Sequence record: OR620964.1
Reading direction: 5' to 3' (one strand)
DNA length: 64,000 nucleotides
The position numbers were made by a program, and so were the translations under genes. Below are positions 1 through 8,498 of this stretch, piece by piece (positions within the stretch are counted from its first letter, which is position 1; each line of letters opens with the position of its first letter). The notes under the pieces were generated by a model. That model did no database searches, was not told where the DNA came from, and saw nothing but the letters and a program-made list of their open reading frames with translations.

Positions 1-18
1 CGCTTCCTGCGTAACGCA

Positions 19-228
19 ATGGAGCAAGTTCTAGAGTCGTGTGATAAATATAAACTACCTGTAGATCGCCAGATAGCAATTCAGCGAGTATACGGTGGAC
101 TCGGGGGAGTGTCGTGGGCAGAAGTACAGACAGTGCTTGATGATATTTGTGATAAGCATAAGTTTAGTCTTTACGCCTACCTCCCAACTACGTATGATAC
201 TCAATTTGTACGCGGGACAACTCGCTAA
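19..228 (+). CDS. hypothetical protein
   Basis: 69-aa ORF, co-oriented with the downstream gene run; no recognisable motif. Confidence 0.5.
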   Translation: MEQVLESCDKYKLPVDRQIAIQRVYGGLGGVSWAEVQTVLDDICDKHKFSLYAYLPTTYDTQFVRGTTR

Positions 229-245
229 GTACACGGGATGAAGTT

Positions 246-569
246 ATGAGAGCGATTCGTGGCTTTGATTTTATATATTATGGGGATGGCACTAACGACG
301 GTCAGCAATTAATTGACGTACTTGACTTAGACCAAGATGCGAAGACCATCCGGCTAACGTTCTTTGCCGGAAATACTTCTACTGTTATTCGTGCGTTGCA
401 GCAGAATTCGGTAATATATACACAAGCAGAAAGTGGCCTGTATGAAATGAAGTACAAATGCGGGTTCAAAAATCTGGATGCAACGGCTGTACCAGAACTT
501 TCTTCGGTGACATTACGATTGGTAGAAGCTAAGTTCTATCAAGGTGTCACAAACATAGATTATCAATAG
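246..569 (+). CDS. hypothetical protein
   Basis: 107-aa ORF tightly packed in the + strand run. Confidence 0.7.
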   Translation: MRAIRGFDFIYYGDGTNDGQQLIDVLDLDQDAKTIRLTFFAGNTSTVIRALQQNSVIYTQAESGLYEMKYKCGFKNLDATAVPELSSVTLRLVEAKFYQGVTNIDYQ

Positions 570-580
570 GACAATTAATT

Positions 581-1264
581 ATGTATTCCGCAAAAGAGAT
601 AGAGAGTAAGCTGGCAAAGATAGACTATAACTTCTATTCACGGCCTAGCGAAGCATTGCTTGATGAAGTATTCCGTGATGGTAAGAGTCGTGTTCTTGCC
701 TCAGGTAACACGACACGCTTGTGTAAGTTATCTGATACCTATTTCGATTTCTGTTGGGCACAGGTAGCACAGTTCTGTGTCAGTTCGTACAACGCTGTTG
801 AGATCGCGTTTATGGTAGGCATTCAACCTATCTATGTTGCTGCATACATCAATCGCTATGGGTCTGACTGGTCAGTTAAGTTATTCCAGCGTAAAGGCAT
901 TTCAGAAATTTGCCGTGACGAATATTCGGTTGTGCAGACCAAAGACTTGTTCTGGTCTGTCTATGCAATCCAGCAACGTCTTGTTCCACGCACTGCGCTT
1001 GTTACTGAGGCACAGAAACGAATGCATGGACTGCTTTGCCAAAAACGTTACAGTGAATTCCAAGCTGCGGCATCACATACGCATACCATGCTTATTTCAC
1101 TTGTCACAAATGATCGCCAGGCTATCTTTAATGACCCTCGTGTGAATAAGAAGACAAAGGCCGAAGAAAAACAATCAGACCCAGATCTGGTTCGTATTCG
1201 TCCTGTTGTCATTCCAGCACAATCGGATCGCCCTGCATTCAATGCGCATCTAAGACAATATTGA
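581..1264 (+). CDS. hypothetical protein
   Basis: 227-aa ORF, AGGA RBS upstream; no motif recognised. Confidence 0.75.
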   Translation: MYSAKEIESKLAKIDYNFYSRPSEALLDEVFRDGKSRVLASGNTTRLCKLSDTYFDFCWAQVAQFCVSSYNAVEIAFMVGIQPIYVAAYINRYGSDWSVKLFQRKGISEICRDEYSVVQTKDLFWSVYAIQQRLVPRTALVTEAQKRMHGLLCQKRYSEFQAAASHTHTMLISLVTNDRQAIFNDPRVNKKTKAEEKQSDPDLVRIRPVVIPAQSDRPAFNAHLRQY

Positions 1265-1279
1265 TAAATAAGGTAATCA

Positions 1280-2047
1280 ATGAACGTAGATAAAACAATG
1301 CCTTCAGGCAAGTGGGAATTTGATGAACCAGTAGCTGCCGTATTCGATAACATGCTGGCCAACTCGATTCCATCGTATGACCGTATGCGTGACCTGACGT
1401 TTCGCTTGGGTAAACGTTTCGTAACACCTGGTTCAACTATTGTTGATCTTGGTGCATCACTAGGCCGTGCTATTGAACCGTTCTGTGAGTATTTCGGTCC
1501 GTACATGTATATTCATGCGGCAGATAGACCTGAGCCAGACCGAGAGATAGGCAATCATTACAGCCTGTATGAAACAGCACCTGCAATGCGTGAGCGTCTT
1601 GCGAAGAATGACGTGTTGAATGCGGCAGATGCAAAACTTGAATCCGAATCTCTTGTGGACGTTGATACGTTTCGTTTTAGTGAGCAGGTTGAATGCTCAC
1701 TGATCCTGTCCGTGCTAACACTACAGTTTACGCCTATCGAACATCGCCAACATATTCTGGAAAAGGTCTATGACTCTCTCCAGACAGGTGGTGCATTCAT
1801 TCTTGTTGAAAAGGTTCTTGGCGACGATAACTATCTGGACAAGCTGTTGGTAGATACTTACTATCAGATGAAAGGTGGTAACGGGTACTCGCAAGAATCC
1901 ATTGCTACCAAGCGTAAGTCGCTAGAAGGTGTTCTGGTTCCTGTTAAGGCAGCGTGGAATGAAGAACTATTACGCAAGGCAGGATTTAGCCGCGTTGAAT
2001 GCTTCTACCGAGATCTTAACTTCGCTGGATGGATCGCGATCAAGTAA
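1280..2047 (+). CDS. cmoA: carboxy-S-adenosyl-L-methionine (Cx-SAM) synthase, CmoA family
   Basis: WEFDEPVAAVFDNMLANSIPSY, IVDLGASLG, LTLQF, GGAFILVEK, NGYSQESIATKRKSLEGVL and AGFSRVE..LNFAGWIAIK align motif by motif with E. coli CmoA ([52 protein letters not shown]), including the Arg of the KR motif. Confidence 0.93.
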   Translation: MNVDKTMPSGKWEFDEPVAAVFDNMLANSIPSYDRMRDLTFRLGKRFVTPGSTIVDLGASLGRAIEPFCEYFGPYMYIHAADRPEPDREIGNHYSLYETAPAMRERLAKNDVLNAADAKLESESLVDVDTFRFSEQVECSLILSVLTLQFTPIEHRQHILEKVYDSLQTGGAFILVEKVLGDDNYLDKLLVDTYYQMKGGNGYSQESIATKRKSLEGVLVPVKAAWNEELLRKAGFSRVECFYRDLNFAGWIAIK

Positions 2048-2054
2048 TGCATGT

Positions 2055-2074
2055 GGGCTGCCTTCGGGTTGCCC
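2055..2074 (+). other. C(UUCG)G tetraloop hairpin without U-tract between cmoA and the amide ligase
   Basis: GGGCTGCC-TTCG-GGTTGCCC followed by TATCTACT rather than a T run. Confidence 0.55.
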
Positions 2075-2099
2075 TATCTACTATATAAGGAGTATTATT

Positions 2100-2954
2100 G
2101 TGTCTAAGGCACTGGCGATTTCTAAAGTAATCAGACGCACATTGGTGAGCACGTTTAAGAACGCGAAAACAGAACGTCCGTTCGTGTTCCTGTCCAGCGG
2201 CGCTGATAGTAACTGTCTTTTGTTCGCTGCGCTTGAGGCAGGCAAGCAACCAGTTACACTATCATTTCATATGGAAGGTACTATTAGTCGTGACTTCCGT
2301 CAGGCGCAAGCAACTGCCAAACTGTTTAACGTACCGTTCATTGAAGTTGTATTACCTACCAACGTCGAGACACTCAAGAAAGAGTGCATACTATTAGCCA
2401 AGAAATACGGATGTCGTAGTAAGTCTGACTTCGAATGTGTCTGGCCTATGTACCACGCGTTCCGTGCTGTTGCGAAATATGCAAAGAAACACAAGATTGC
2501 TTCACCTACAATCTACACAGGTCATGCGGCTGATATATACTACGTTCTTTCCAAGAAAGGTAACATGCATTATAAAGATCGCCCAGACGATTATCGCAAT
2601 GAGCGCTTTGTAGATCCTAAACTATCACAGAGACACATACTGCCTTCGATTGCTTCTGACCTTGAAATTTCTAATGAAATACCATGGGTCGATAAGAAAA
2701 TCTTGAAATCATTCCAAGGTGCTTCTATCGCTGACGTCAATAAGCCTCGTCAGAAAGAGCCGTCACGTCTAGCCTTTGATAGTTATTTCTCCCAAACGAA
2801 AGTCTATCAACATACGAATTTCCAACTCGGTGATAGCGGCATTTCGAAACATTTTGAAGTATTGTTGTCAGATCCTGAATGGAATCCCGACAACAAGTTT
2901 CGTGCTGTCATCGGTGTGTACAACGAACTCTGCCGAAGACTCGGAGTGGCGTAA
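2100..2954 (+). CDS. asparagine-synthetase-like (N-type ATP pyrophosphatase) amide ligase lacking the glutaminase domain; CmoY-like candidate
   Basis: PP-loop VFLSSGADS, D...A...A..F.VP.IEV, and IYTGHAADIYY (cf. TGxGADE); 284 aa, synthetase domain only; GTG start at 2100 behind AAGGAG (the track start at 1929 overlaps cmoA). Confidence 0.82.
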   Translation: MSKALAISKVIRRTLVSTFKNAKTERPFVFLSSGADSNCLLFAALEAGKQPVTLSFHMEGTISRDFRQAQATAKLFNVPFIEVVLPTNVETLKKECILLAKKYGCRSKSDFECVWPMYHAFRAVAKYAKKHKIASPTIYTGHAADIYYVLSKKGNMHYKDRPDDYRNERFVDPKLSQRHILPSIASDLEISNEIPWVDKKILKSFQGASIADVNKPRQKEPSRLAFDSYFSQTKVYQHTNFQLGDSGISKHFEVLLSDPEWNPDNKFRAVIGVYNELCRRLGVA

Positions 2955-3526
2955 TGATTCGCGTATTTGATTCCGGCGCAGGAGGAGCATACGTATCGGA
3001 GTTGCTTACTGCGCACGGAGTACATAACAAACTAAGCATGTTCCCTAACATGTTCCCGTTTGGTACTAAGACAGCCGACCAGTTACTTAGCTTATTTCAT
3101 GATTATCGGAATAGTGTTACTGGTACTGTTTTCTGTGCTTGTAACACTATGAGTCTTGTGCTTAACTCCAATGGGTACGACTTTACCTCATGTGATGTTA
3201 TTCCTACATTTCCTAATCTGTCTCCTGATGCGCCAGTTTGCTACGGCACAAAGAATACAGTTTGTCTGGCTCAGATACTGTCACCTAACCTTAGAGTTCG
3301 TGCCGTGCCTAATCTTGTTTCTATGGCAGAAGATGTATATCAAGGTAGGGCTGATAGGAAAACAGCGCTGGCATTATGGGAACAAGAAGTTAGAGAAACA
3401 ATTCAACTAGGATCTACACACTTGTCATGGCTAGCCCATACTTTAGGTGTAGCTGGTGATCATGTTGAGCCGGACTATATGCGCTTATACGTAGAGCATC
3501 TGTCTGACGAAACAATAGGCATATAG
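2954..3526 (+). CDS. glutamate racemase (MurI)-like protein, second catalytic Cys replaced by Ser
   Basis: IRVFDSGAGG, PFGTKT, FCACNTMS and QLGSTHL (canonical LGCTH); ATG overlaps the ligase stop (TAATG); 190 aa. Confidence 0.85.
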   Translation: MIRVFDSGAGGAYVSELLTAHGVHNKLSMFPNMFPFGTKTADQLLSLFHDYRNSVTGTVFCACNTMSLVLNSNGYDFTSCDVIPTFPNLSPDAPVCYGTKNTVCLAQILSPNLRVRAVPNLVSMAEDVYQGRADRKTALALWEQEVRETIQLGSTHLSWLAHTLGVAGDHVEPDYMRLYVEHLSDETIGI

Positions 3527-3541
3527 CTTCTGGATATAATA

Positions 3542-4177
3542 ATGAAAAAGATTATTAATGTTTTCGATTCTGTTCTAGGTGCGAACTATGTATGTGGTCT
3601 ATTATGTGACGCTGGCTATGATGCGCGTCCGTATACACCACGACGTCAATACGTATCTCGCACGAACTCCGGCCCGGCGTTAACTATTGGCACACGAAGT
3701 GTTGAAGAGGTTAGCGACGAAATAAGCGAGGCGCTTGTTGCGATTCGTGGTAACTGGCTAATCAGTAGTACATCTGCCAGTCTTGTTGCACAGGATATGC
3801 TTGACCTGAAAGGGCTGTCTGAGAATATTGTATATGCAATTCCTGAACTTGATGGTAACCTACCTATATTGGGATCTGCCTTGACCGTCGATAGGGCTAG
3901 ACGCATACAGCGATTGCAATCAATCCATCGACGAGGCAAAAGCTCAAGAGCAGCACCGCTAGTCGATGCTTCGGATTTGTTGGCGCAATTTGAAAACTTA
4001 GCGTACTACGAAGATGAGCCTCAGGCATTCCGTCCTGAATTCGATGCGCTTGTTGGCGATAAGAAGTTTCAGTTAGGTAGTTCTAACCTTGCTCACTATG
4101 CCAAGCTGTGTAAAATTACAAAGCACACAGTTATTGATTATGTAGGTCTGGTGGCACGTCACTTGGAGACAAGATGA
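3542..4177 (+). CDS. degenerate glutamate-racemase-fold paralogue, both catalytic Cys absent
   Basis: INVFDSVLGA, IGTRSVEEV, ISSTSAS (for ACNTAS), QLGSSNL (for LGCTHY), VIDYVGLVARH. Confidence 0.7.
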   Translation: MKKIINVFDSVLGANYVCGLLCDAGYDARPYTPRRQYVSRTNSGPALTIGTRSVEEVSDEISEALVAIRGNWLISSTSASLVAQDMLDLKGLSENIVYAIPELDGNLPILGSALTVDRARRIQRLQSIHRRGKSSRAAPLVDASDLLAQFENLAYYEDEPQAFRPEFDALVGDKKFQLGSSNLAHYAKLCKITKHTVIDYVGLVARHLETR

Positions 4178-4434
4178 TTAATACCTTCACTCTAAAGAAG
4201 ACTCCTACCATTCAGGCATGCCAATGGAATGGCAGTAACATAAAAGAAATGGATACTTTCCTAAATGGATCTGGTTACTGTAAAGGACAGTATGTAGAGG
4301 TTGGTGCTGTTGTTAACGGCCAGCCTACTTTACGTAATGCCAGAGTAGGAAGTTATGTAATCAAGGATGCCCTTGGTAACTATTCTGTGCTTTATGCCGA
4401 AGAACTATTTGAACAGTATGTTCTGTCTGACTAG
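4174..4434 (+). CDS. conserved small phage protein (K-p..I.A.QW.G.N type)
   Basis: KKTPTIQACQWNGSNIKEM...VGSYVIKD pattern typical of a widespread phage family; ATGA overlap with the upstream gene. Confidence 0.7.
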   Translation: MINTFTLKKTPTIQACQWNGSNIKEMDTFLNGSGYCKGQYVEVGAVVNGQPTLRNARVGSYVIKDALGNYSVLYAEELFEQYVLSD

Positions 4435-4442
4435 GAACTCAA

Positions 4443-4904
4443 ATGAATCCGTTTGCAATACTCAAGCAGCAGGTAAAAAAGGCGCTTACGCTTGAATCAA
4501 CACTCGAACCCGAACAGCGCGCCATGTTCGACTGGCAGTACCTTGTTAATGTAAGCGGCCGATATTACAAGGTGGGTAAGACAGGAGCAAATACCTGTTA
4601 CTTTAAAACGCCTGATATGGATGAAGAGAAAGCTGTTTATCCAAATGAACTCGTAGATATAATCGAGTCATGGGGTAAAAGTAAATACGTATCTTTTTCT
4701 ATCTGCCATAAGAACTTTGATAATGTACTGGTAGATAATATCAAGGAAGAAGAACGAGCGCTCAAGTCCAAGCCTAAGAAGTTCAGAAAGGGTATCTTTA
4801 TCTGTGGGTACACACCTAAAGGTAAACGAGTTAAACTATGGCGACTGCGTGAAGGTCTAGCAGGATCTCAGTGGGTAGCCGTTGAACGGGAGTCCAAGCC
4901 GTGA
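4443..4904 (+). CDS. hypothetical protein
   Basis: 153-aa ORF with AGGA RBS. Confidence 0.75.
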   Translation: MNPFAILKQQVKKALTLESTLEPEQRAMFDWQYLVNVSGRYYKVGKTGANTCYFKTPDMDEEKAVYPNELVDIIESWGKSKYVSFSICHKNFDNVLVDNIKEEERALKSKPKKFRKGIFICGYTPKGKRVKLWRLREGLAGSQWVAVERESKP

Positions 4905-5296
4905 TTGTGTCTGAAAAAGAATGTCCACCCTTGCTTACAATTATGGGACTAGCTTATTGGGAACGTAGCTCAGACCCAAGTCACGTTGATGCCTTCCCAA
5001 AAGAATTGCGCAACGCCGAAGGTCTCACTAAAGGAACCCGTGCAGAAGGCTGGATGGCTATTGACTGGTCAGAGAATCCTATTGGCTTTATTGCTGACGG
5101 TGAAGAATATCCCGATGATGATACTGTCTGGATTCGATACCTAGGACCATTCAACCATGACGTATGTGTATCCAGTAAAGTCTCATACATAGGTGACTTG
5201 TTTGCTCGTCATGCATTAATGATCCGCCAGAATGCAAGTCGTAGGAAGACAGGCATTAAGAGTTATTTGTATAAAACGTTTGGTCGTAATAAGTAG
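4901..5296 (+). CDS. hypothetical protein
   Basis: 131-aa ORF, GTGA overlap with the upstream stop. Confidence 0.7.
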   Translation: MIVSEKECPPLLTIMGLAYWERSSDPSHVDAFPKELRNAEGLTKGTRAEGWMAIDWSENPIGFIADGEEYPDDDTVWIRYLGPFNHDVCVSSKVSYIGDLFARHALMIRQNASRRKTGIKSYLYKTFGRNK

Positions 5297-5385
5297 TAGA
5301 ATACTGGGGCTATCGGGCATCTTGTCTTGTAGCCTGAGGTGGGCACTGCCTGCGTCGAACCTAATCCACTAATAGGTAAGACAAA

Positions 5386-5769
5386 ATGAAAATAACTGAA
5401 CAAGTAGAATTCAAATCGAAGTACATTGCGGATGATGGTATGATTAACTTTGCAGACTGTACGCAAGATAGCTTAGATATCATTGCCTCAGATGTATTGC
5501 AGCATTTTGGTTGTATTGCTACGCTTGCTCAAGGTCAGACTGCCGCAATTGAGGGCAGATACTTCGAGGAAGAGACTATCAAGTTAAGGATGGCTAGATC
5601 AGATTGGTCTAATGTATCCGCCTTGTTGAAAGAAAAAGTAGCAGATGCACTTAGTGGTAAGCATCTTCGTAAGGGAGGTCGAATAACTCTCAGGCAAGTG
5701 AGTATGCATGATATAGGTAATTCAGAATTATTCATCAGTCTGATAGTCGGATTTCCAGCGCGAGTGTAA
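5386..5769 (+). CDS. hypothetical protein
   Basis: 127-aa ORF followed by a terminator. Confidence 0.7.
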   Translation: MKITEQVEFKSKYIADDGMINFADCTQDSLDIIASDVLQHFGCIATLAQGQTAAIEGRYFEEETIKLRMARSDWSNVSALLKEKVADALSGKHLRKGGRITLRQVSMHDIGNSELFISLIVGFPARV

Positions 5770-5770
5770 T

Positions 5771-5797
5771 AAAAAGGGTGGCTTCGGCTGCCCTTTT
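5771..5797 (+). terminator. intrinsic terminator, potentially bidirectional
   Basis: AAAAAGGGTGGC-TTCG-GCTGCCCTTTT. Confidence 0.85.
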
Positions 5798-5928
5798 CTG
5801 ATCTTATGCTACATAAAACCACCCATTTTGTTCGAGTAGAACCATGCCTAGGCAGCGTATAGGTAGGCTAATATTGACCTAAATACCACCCCTTTTCTGT
5901 ACCGTGCACAAAGCACTAGAAATATAGA

Positions 5929-5952
5929 AAAACTGTAAATATAGAGTATAAT
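5929..5952 (+). promoter_or_regulatory. putative phage promoter motif, copy 1
   Basis: AAAACTGTAAATATAGAGTATA(AT), identical over 22 bp to 23852-23873; ends in TATAAT 12 nt upstream of the dam ATG. Confidence 0.6.
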
Positions 5953-5964
5953 CGAGGATAAGTA

Positions 5965-6792
5965 ATGACGTACATTAGCCCAATGCGGTATCAAGGATGC
6001 AAGCGCTCTCTGGTGCCGGTTATCAAAGAACTCATGCCACAAGATTGTACTCGGATGATTGATGCATTTGGTGGCTCTGCTACTGTGGTGCTAAATATGG
6101 ATACCAAGCACCGCCTGTATAACGAGAGCAATTTCCATGTATTTAAAATCATCGAACTATTTGCCAGAACAGACCCGAAGAAAACACTGAGCAAAATACG
6201 CCGAGTGATAAAGCGATTTGATCTAACAACCGATAACGATGAGCAGTATTATGAATTCCGTAGTTATGCTAATCGTCGGTATGATCCATTGTTGTTTTAT
6301 ATTCTGTCCCGTCATGCTCACAGCAACATGATTCGTTTCAACGGTAATGATGGATTCAATGCTCCGTTTGGTAAGCGAAGCCTGATAGGTAAGATGGATG
6401 TTCTTGAGCGTGAGGTAGTTGAGTTTTATGATAGAATGCATAACGTGCAATTGTCTAATTCTCGATATGCAGAACTACTTAATCGCATAAGCCACCAGCT
6501 CGATTCTACTTTCATCTATCTTGATCCTCCTTACTTGGCCAGCGGTGCAAACATCTATGACTCTTGGTCTGAGGAATTGGATATCAAGATGATGGCCAAC
6601 CTTGATGCTTTAGATGCAAAGAATGTTAAGTGGATGATGAGTAACGTTCTTACACACCGGCATTTCGAAAACAAGCGACTGGCTCGTTGGGCTAAAAACT
6701 ATCGTCTTATTGACGTAGACAAAACGTATAGTCTTGCGAATGCACAACAAGATAGCCACTCAACCCGTGAAGTGATTATCGTTAACTACTGA
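5965..6792 (+). CDS. dam: Dam-family (D12 class) N6-adenine DNA methyltransferase
   Basis: PMRYQGCKRSL, IDAFGGSATV (motif I), FIYLDPPY (motif IV), WMMSN, REVIIVNY. Confidence 0.92.
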   Translation: MTYISPMRYQGCKRSLVPVIKELMPQDCTRMIDAFGGSATVVLNMDTKHRLYNESNFHVFKIIELFARTDPKKTLSKIRRVIKRFDLTTDNDEQYYEFRSYANRRYDPLLFYILSRHAHSNMIRFNGNDGFNAPFGKRSLIGKMDVLEREVVEFYDRMHNVQLSNSRYAELLNRISHQLDSTFIYLDPPYLASGANIYDSWSEELDIKMMANLDALDAKNVKWMMSNVLTHRHFENKRLARWAKNYRLIDVDKTYSLANAQQDSHSTREVIIVNY

Positions 6793-6799
6793 GGTACTT

Positions 6800-7375
6800 A
6801 TGTTAGCTCGTCTGCAACACCTTGCACAAACTATCAATGCTTATGTTTCTTCTTCCGTGCTATTCTTATACAAGCATGATACTGAGGTACGTGAACTCGG
6901 TCCGATGACAACCATTGAACAATGTTTTACCGAGATCGATTTATGCATAGCTTGGTTTCGTGCACGGCTGGAAACTCATGATATGTCTGAGGATGATGTT
7001 GCTCATCAACTCCGTGCTGTATGCAAGACACGGCATGTACTCGACGCAGAGAGCCTGGCACAAGAGCTTACGCAGCGCTCCGTCCTCCAAACAGCCGGCG
7101 TTCGTTACCATGATATGGATGCAGAGCGCGTAGCAAGATCTGTAGCGAAACAGATTCGTGAATATGAAAACTCAATTAAAGATAGGCCAACGCTTGAGGA
7201 CGTATACCGAGCACGAATAGAGGAGGCACAGAATCACTACGCGAATGTACAGATTATCGAATACATTGGTGAGTCTAAGCCTTTCCGCTTGGTATATGAT
7301 TTAAAGAATAAAGGTACTGGTGGTTTCCAAAGTGCTGAGTTAGCCGCATCTTGGTTCTACGAACAAGGACGGTAA
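6800..7375 (+). CDS. hypothetical protein
   Basis: 191-aa ORF, GAGG RBS. Confidence 0.75.
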   Translation: MLARLQHLAQTINAYVSSSVLFLYKHDTEVRELGPMTTIEQCFTEIDLCIAWFRARLETHDMSEDDVAHQLRAVCKTRHVLDAESLAQELTQRSVLQTAGVRYHDMDAERVARSVAKQIREYENSIKDRPTLEDVYRARIEEAQNHYANVQIIEYIGESKPFRLVYDLKNKGTGGFQSAELAASWFYEQGR

Positions 7376-7426
7376 CTTGTACTACATGACCTAACTCTTG
7401 AACGACAAACAAATATAAGGATACAT

Positions 7427-8089
7427 ATGTCTATCTTATCTTACCCAGTAGATAACAAGCCAACGACAAAAGAGGATGTTTCTACTTTTGTTCTTTCAAG
7501 CATGAATTACGCTGTGCTTGAAACCTATATCCAGCTTCGACTTGCTCGCTTTCAAGTTGATCAGTTAAACTTTTGGGATTTAGTTTTTGCAGAGGAACAT
7601 GGATTCTCCGCATTCCCTTCATTCAAGTTGCCAAACAACTTGGCTCGTCGGCACTTCGCCCAGCCATTTGGTGCTCCAACTTATGCTGAGGCACTTCGCC
7701 AATACGAGGCATACTTTGAATATGTGCATACGTCCGTGTGCAAATTTATCGATACTTTCCACGACCATATTCTCATCATATATAAAACACGGTATGGTCA
7801 CGGTATTCGTTCTCAGTTTGGATACTGGTCTAAGGGAGAGCGAATCGATAATCAACTGTTGTCTATTGCCCATCGCCTGGGACTATTGACATGTTTTGGT
7901 TTTGGCGGGCGCCCCCAGTATGCATTGTCTGATCAGATCGAGCGCCTATTCTTATCGGAACCGTCGGACAGTCGCTTGACAGAAACCATTAGATACATGC
8001 TGCGTACTGCTACCTATGACCATCATACGTTAAATTGTATTCTTCAATACGGCATAAACAATGGGTGGATTCTGGCTGATGCTGAATGA
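7427..8089 (+). CDS. hypothetical protein
   Basis: 220-aa ORF, AAGGA RBS. Confidence 0.75.
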   Translation: MSILSYPVDNKPTTKEDVSTFVLSSMNYAVLETYIQLRLARFQVDQLNFWDLVFAEEHGFSAFPSFKLPNNLARRHFAQPFGAPTYAEALRQYEAYFEYVHTSVCKFIDTFHDHILIIYKTRYGHGIRSQFGYWSKGERIDNQLLSIAHRLGLLTCFGFGGRPQYALSDQIERLFLSEPSDSRLTETIRYMLRTATYDHHTLNCILQYGINNGWILADAE

Positions 8090-8498
8090 CAAACTAAAAG
8101 AGCTGTGGGAGAAACGACATGAACTCGCGGCGCAGTTAGCAGAACTGAATGGCTGGACTGTGCAAGATGGTTGGTCCTACGCCGAGTGTAGTGATGTACC
8201 TGCATGGTTCGATGCGCGTGGACAACAGGTACATACGGTTGATGGGTATATGTACCTGTTGTTTGGTACAAAGTTCTGTATTGATACGATGGATCAATAC
8301 AACATGACGGTTGACCGATCTGATACTGGACTTAGACGTGTATCCTTTTCCGTGTTGCTCGATCCCGTAGAAGAAGCAGTTACCTTTGAGGGAGTAGCGC
8401 ACGGAATACAAGAAGCGCTTGTCTTATCTATAATAAATTTCTATGCGTATACAAAGCGCACACAAGAGGTAAACAATGGAACTACCATTATCAATTGA
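8079..8498 (+). CDS. hypothetical protein
   Basis: ORF in the run; ATG 8079 preferred over 8061; weak resemblance of AAQLAELNGW..WFD to small phage sandwich domains. Confidence 0.7.
   Translation: MLNDKLKELWEKRHELAAQLAELNGWTVQDGWSYAECSDVPAWFDARGQQVHTVDGYMYLLFGTKFCIDTMDQYNMTVDRSDTGLRRVSFSVLLDPVEEAVTFEGVAHGIQEALVLSIINFYAYTKRTQEVNNGTTIIN

Noticed and set aside
1929-2099. ORF-track N-terminal extension of the amide ligase
   Set aside because: Overlaps the cmoA 3-prime end and crosses a hairpin; GTG 2100 has a proper AAGGAG RBS
2879-2953. ORF-track N-terminal extension of the racemase-like gene
   Set aside because: Overlaps the ligase; the MurI-like sequence begins at ATG 2954, coupled to the upstream stop
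1280-4177. Reading this block as captured bacterial housekeeping DNA (tRNA modification, Asn synthesis, cell-wall D-Glu)
   Set aside because: No cmoB, no glutaminase domain, racemase catalytic residues altered, and the context is entirely phage-like; the combination fits DNA modification better. Not formally excluded without assays
5296-5385. Possible tRNA or ncRNA in a GC-rich intergenic gap
   Set aside because: Some stems and a GTCGAA are present, but I could not build a cloverleaf with acceptor stem and D/T arms; a tRNAscan/Infernal run would settle it
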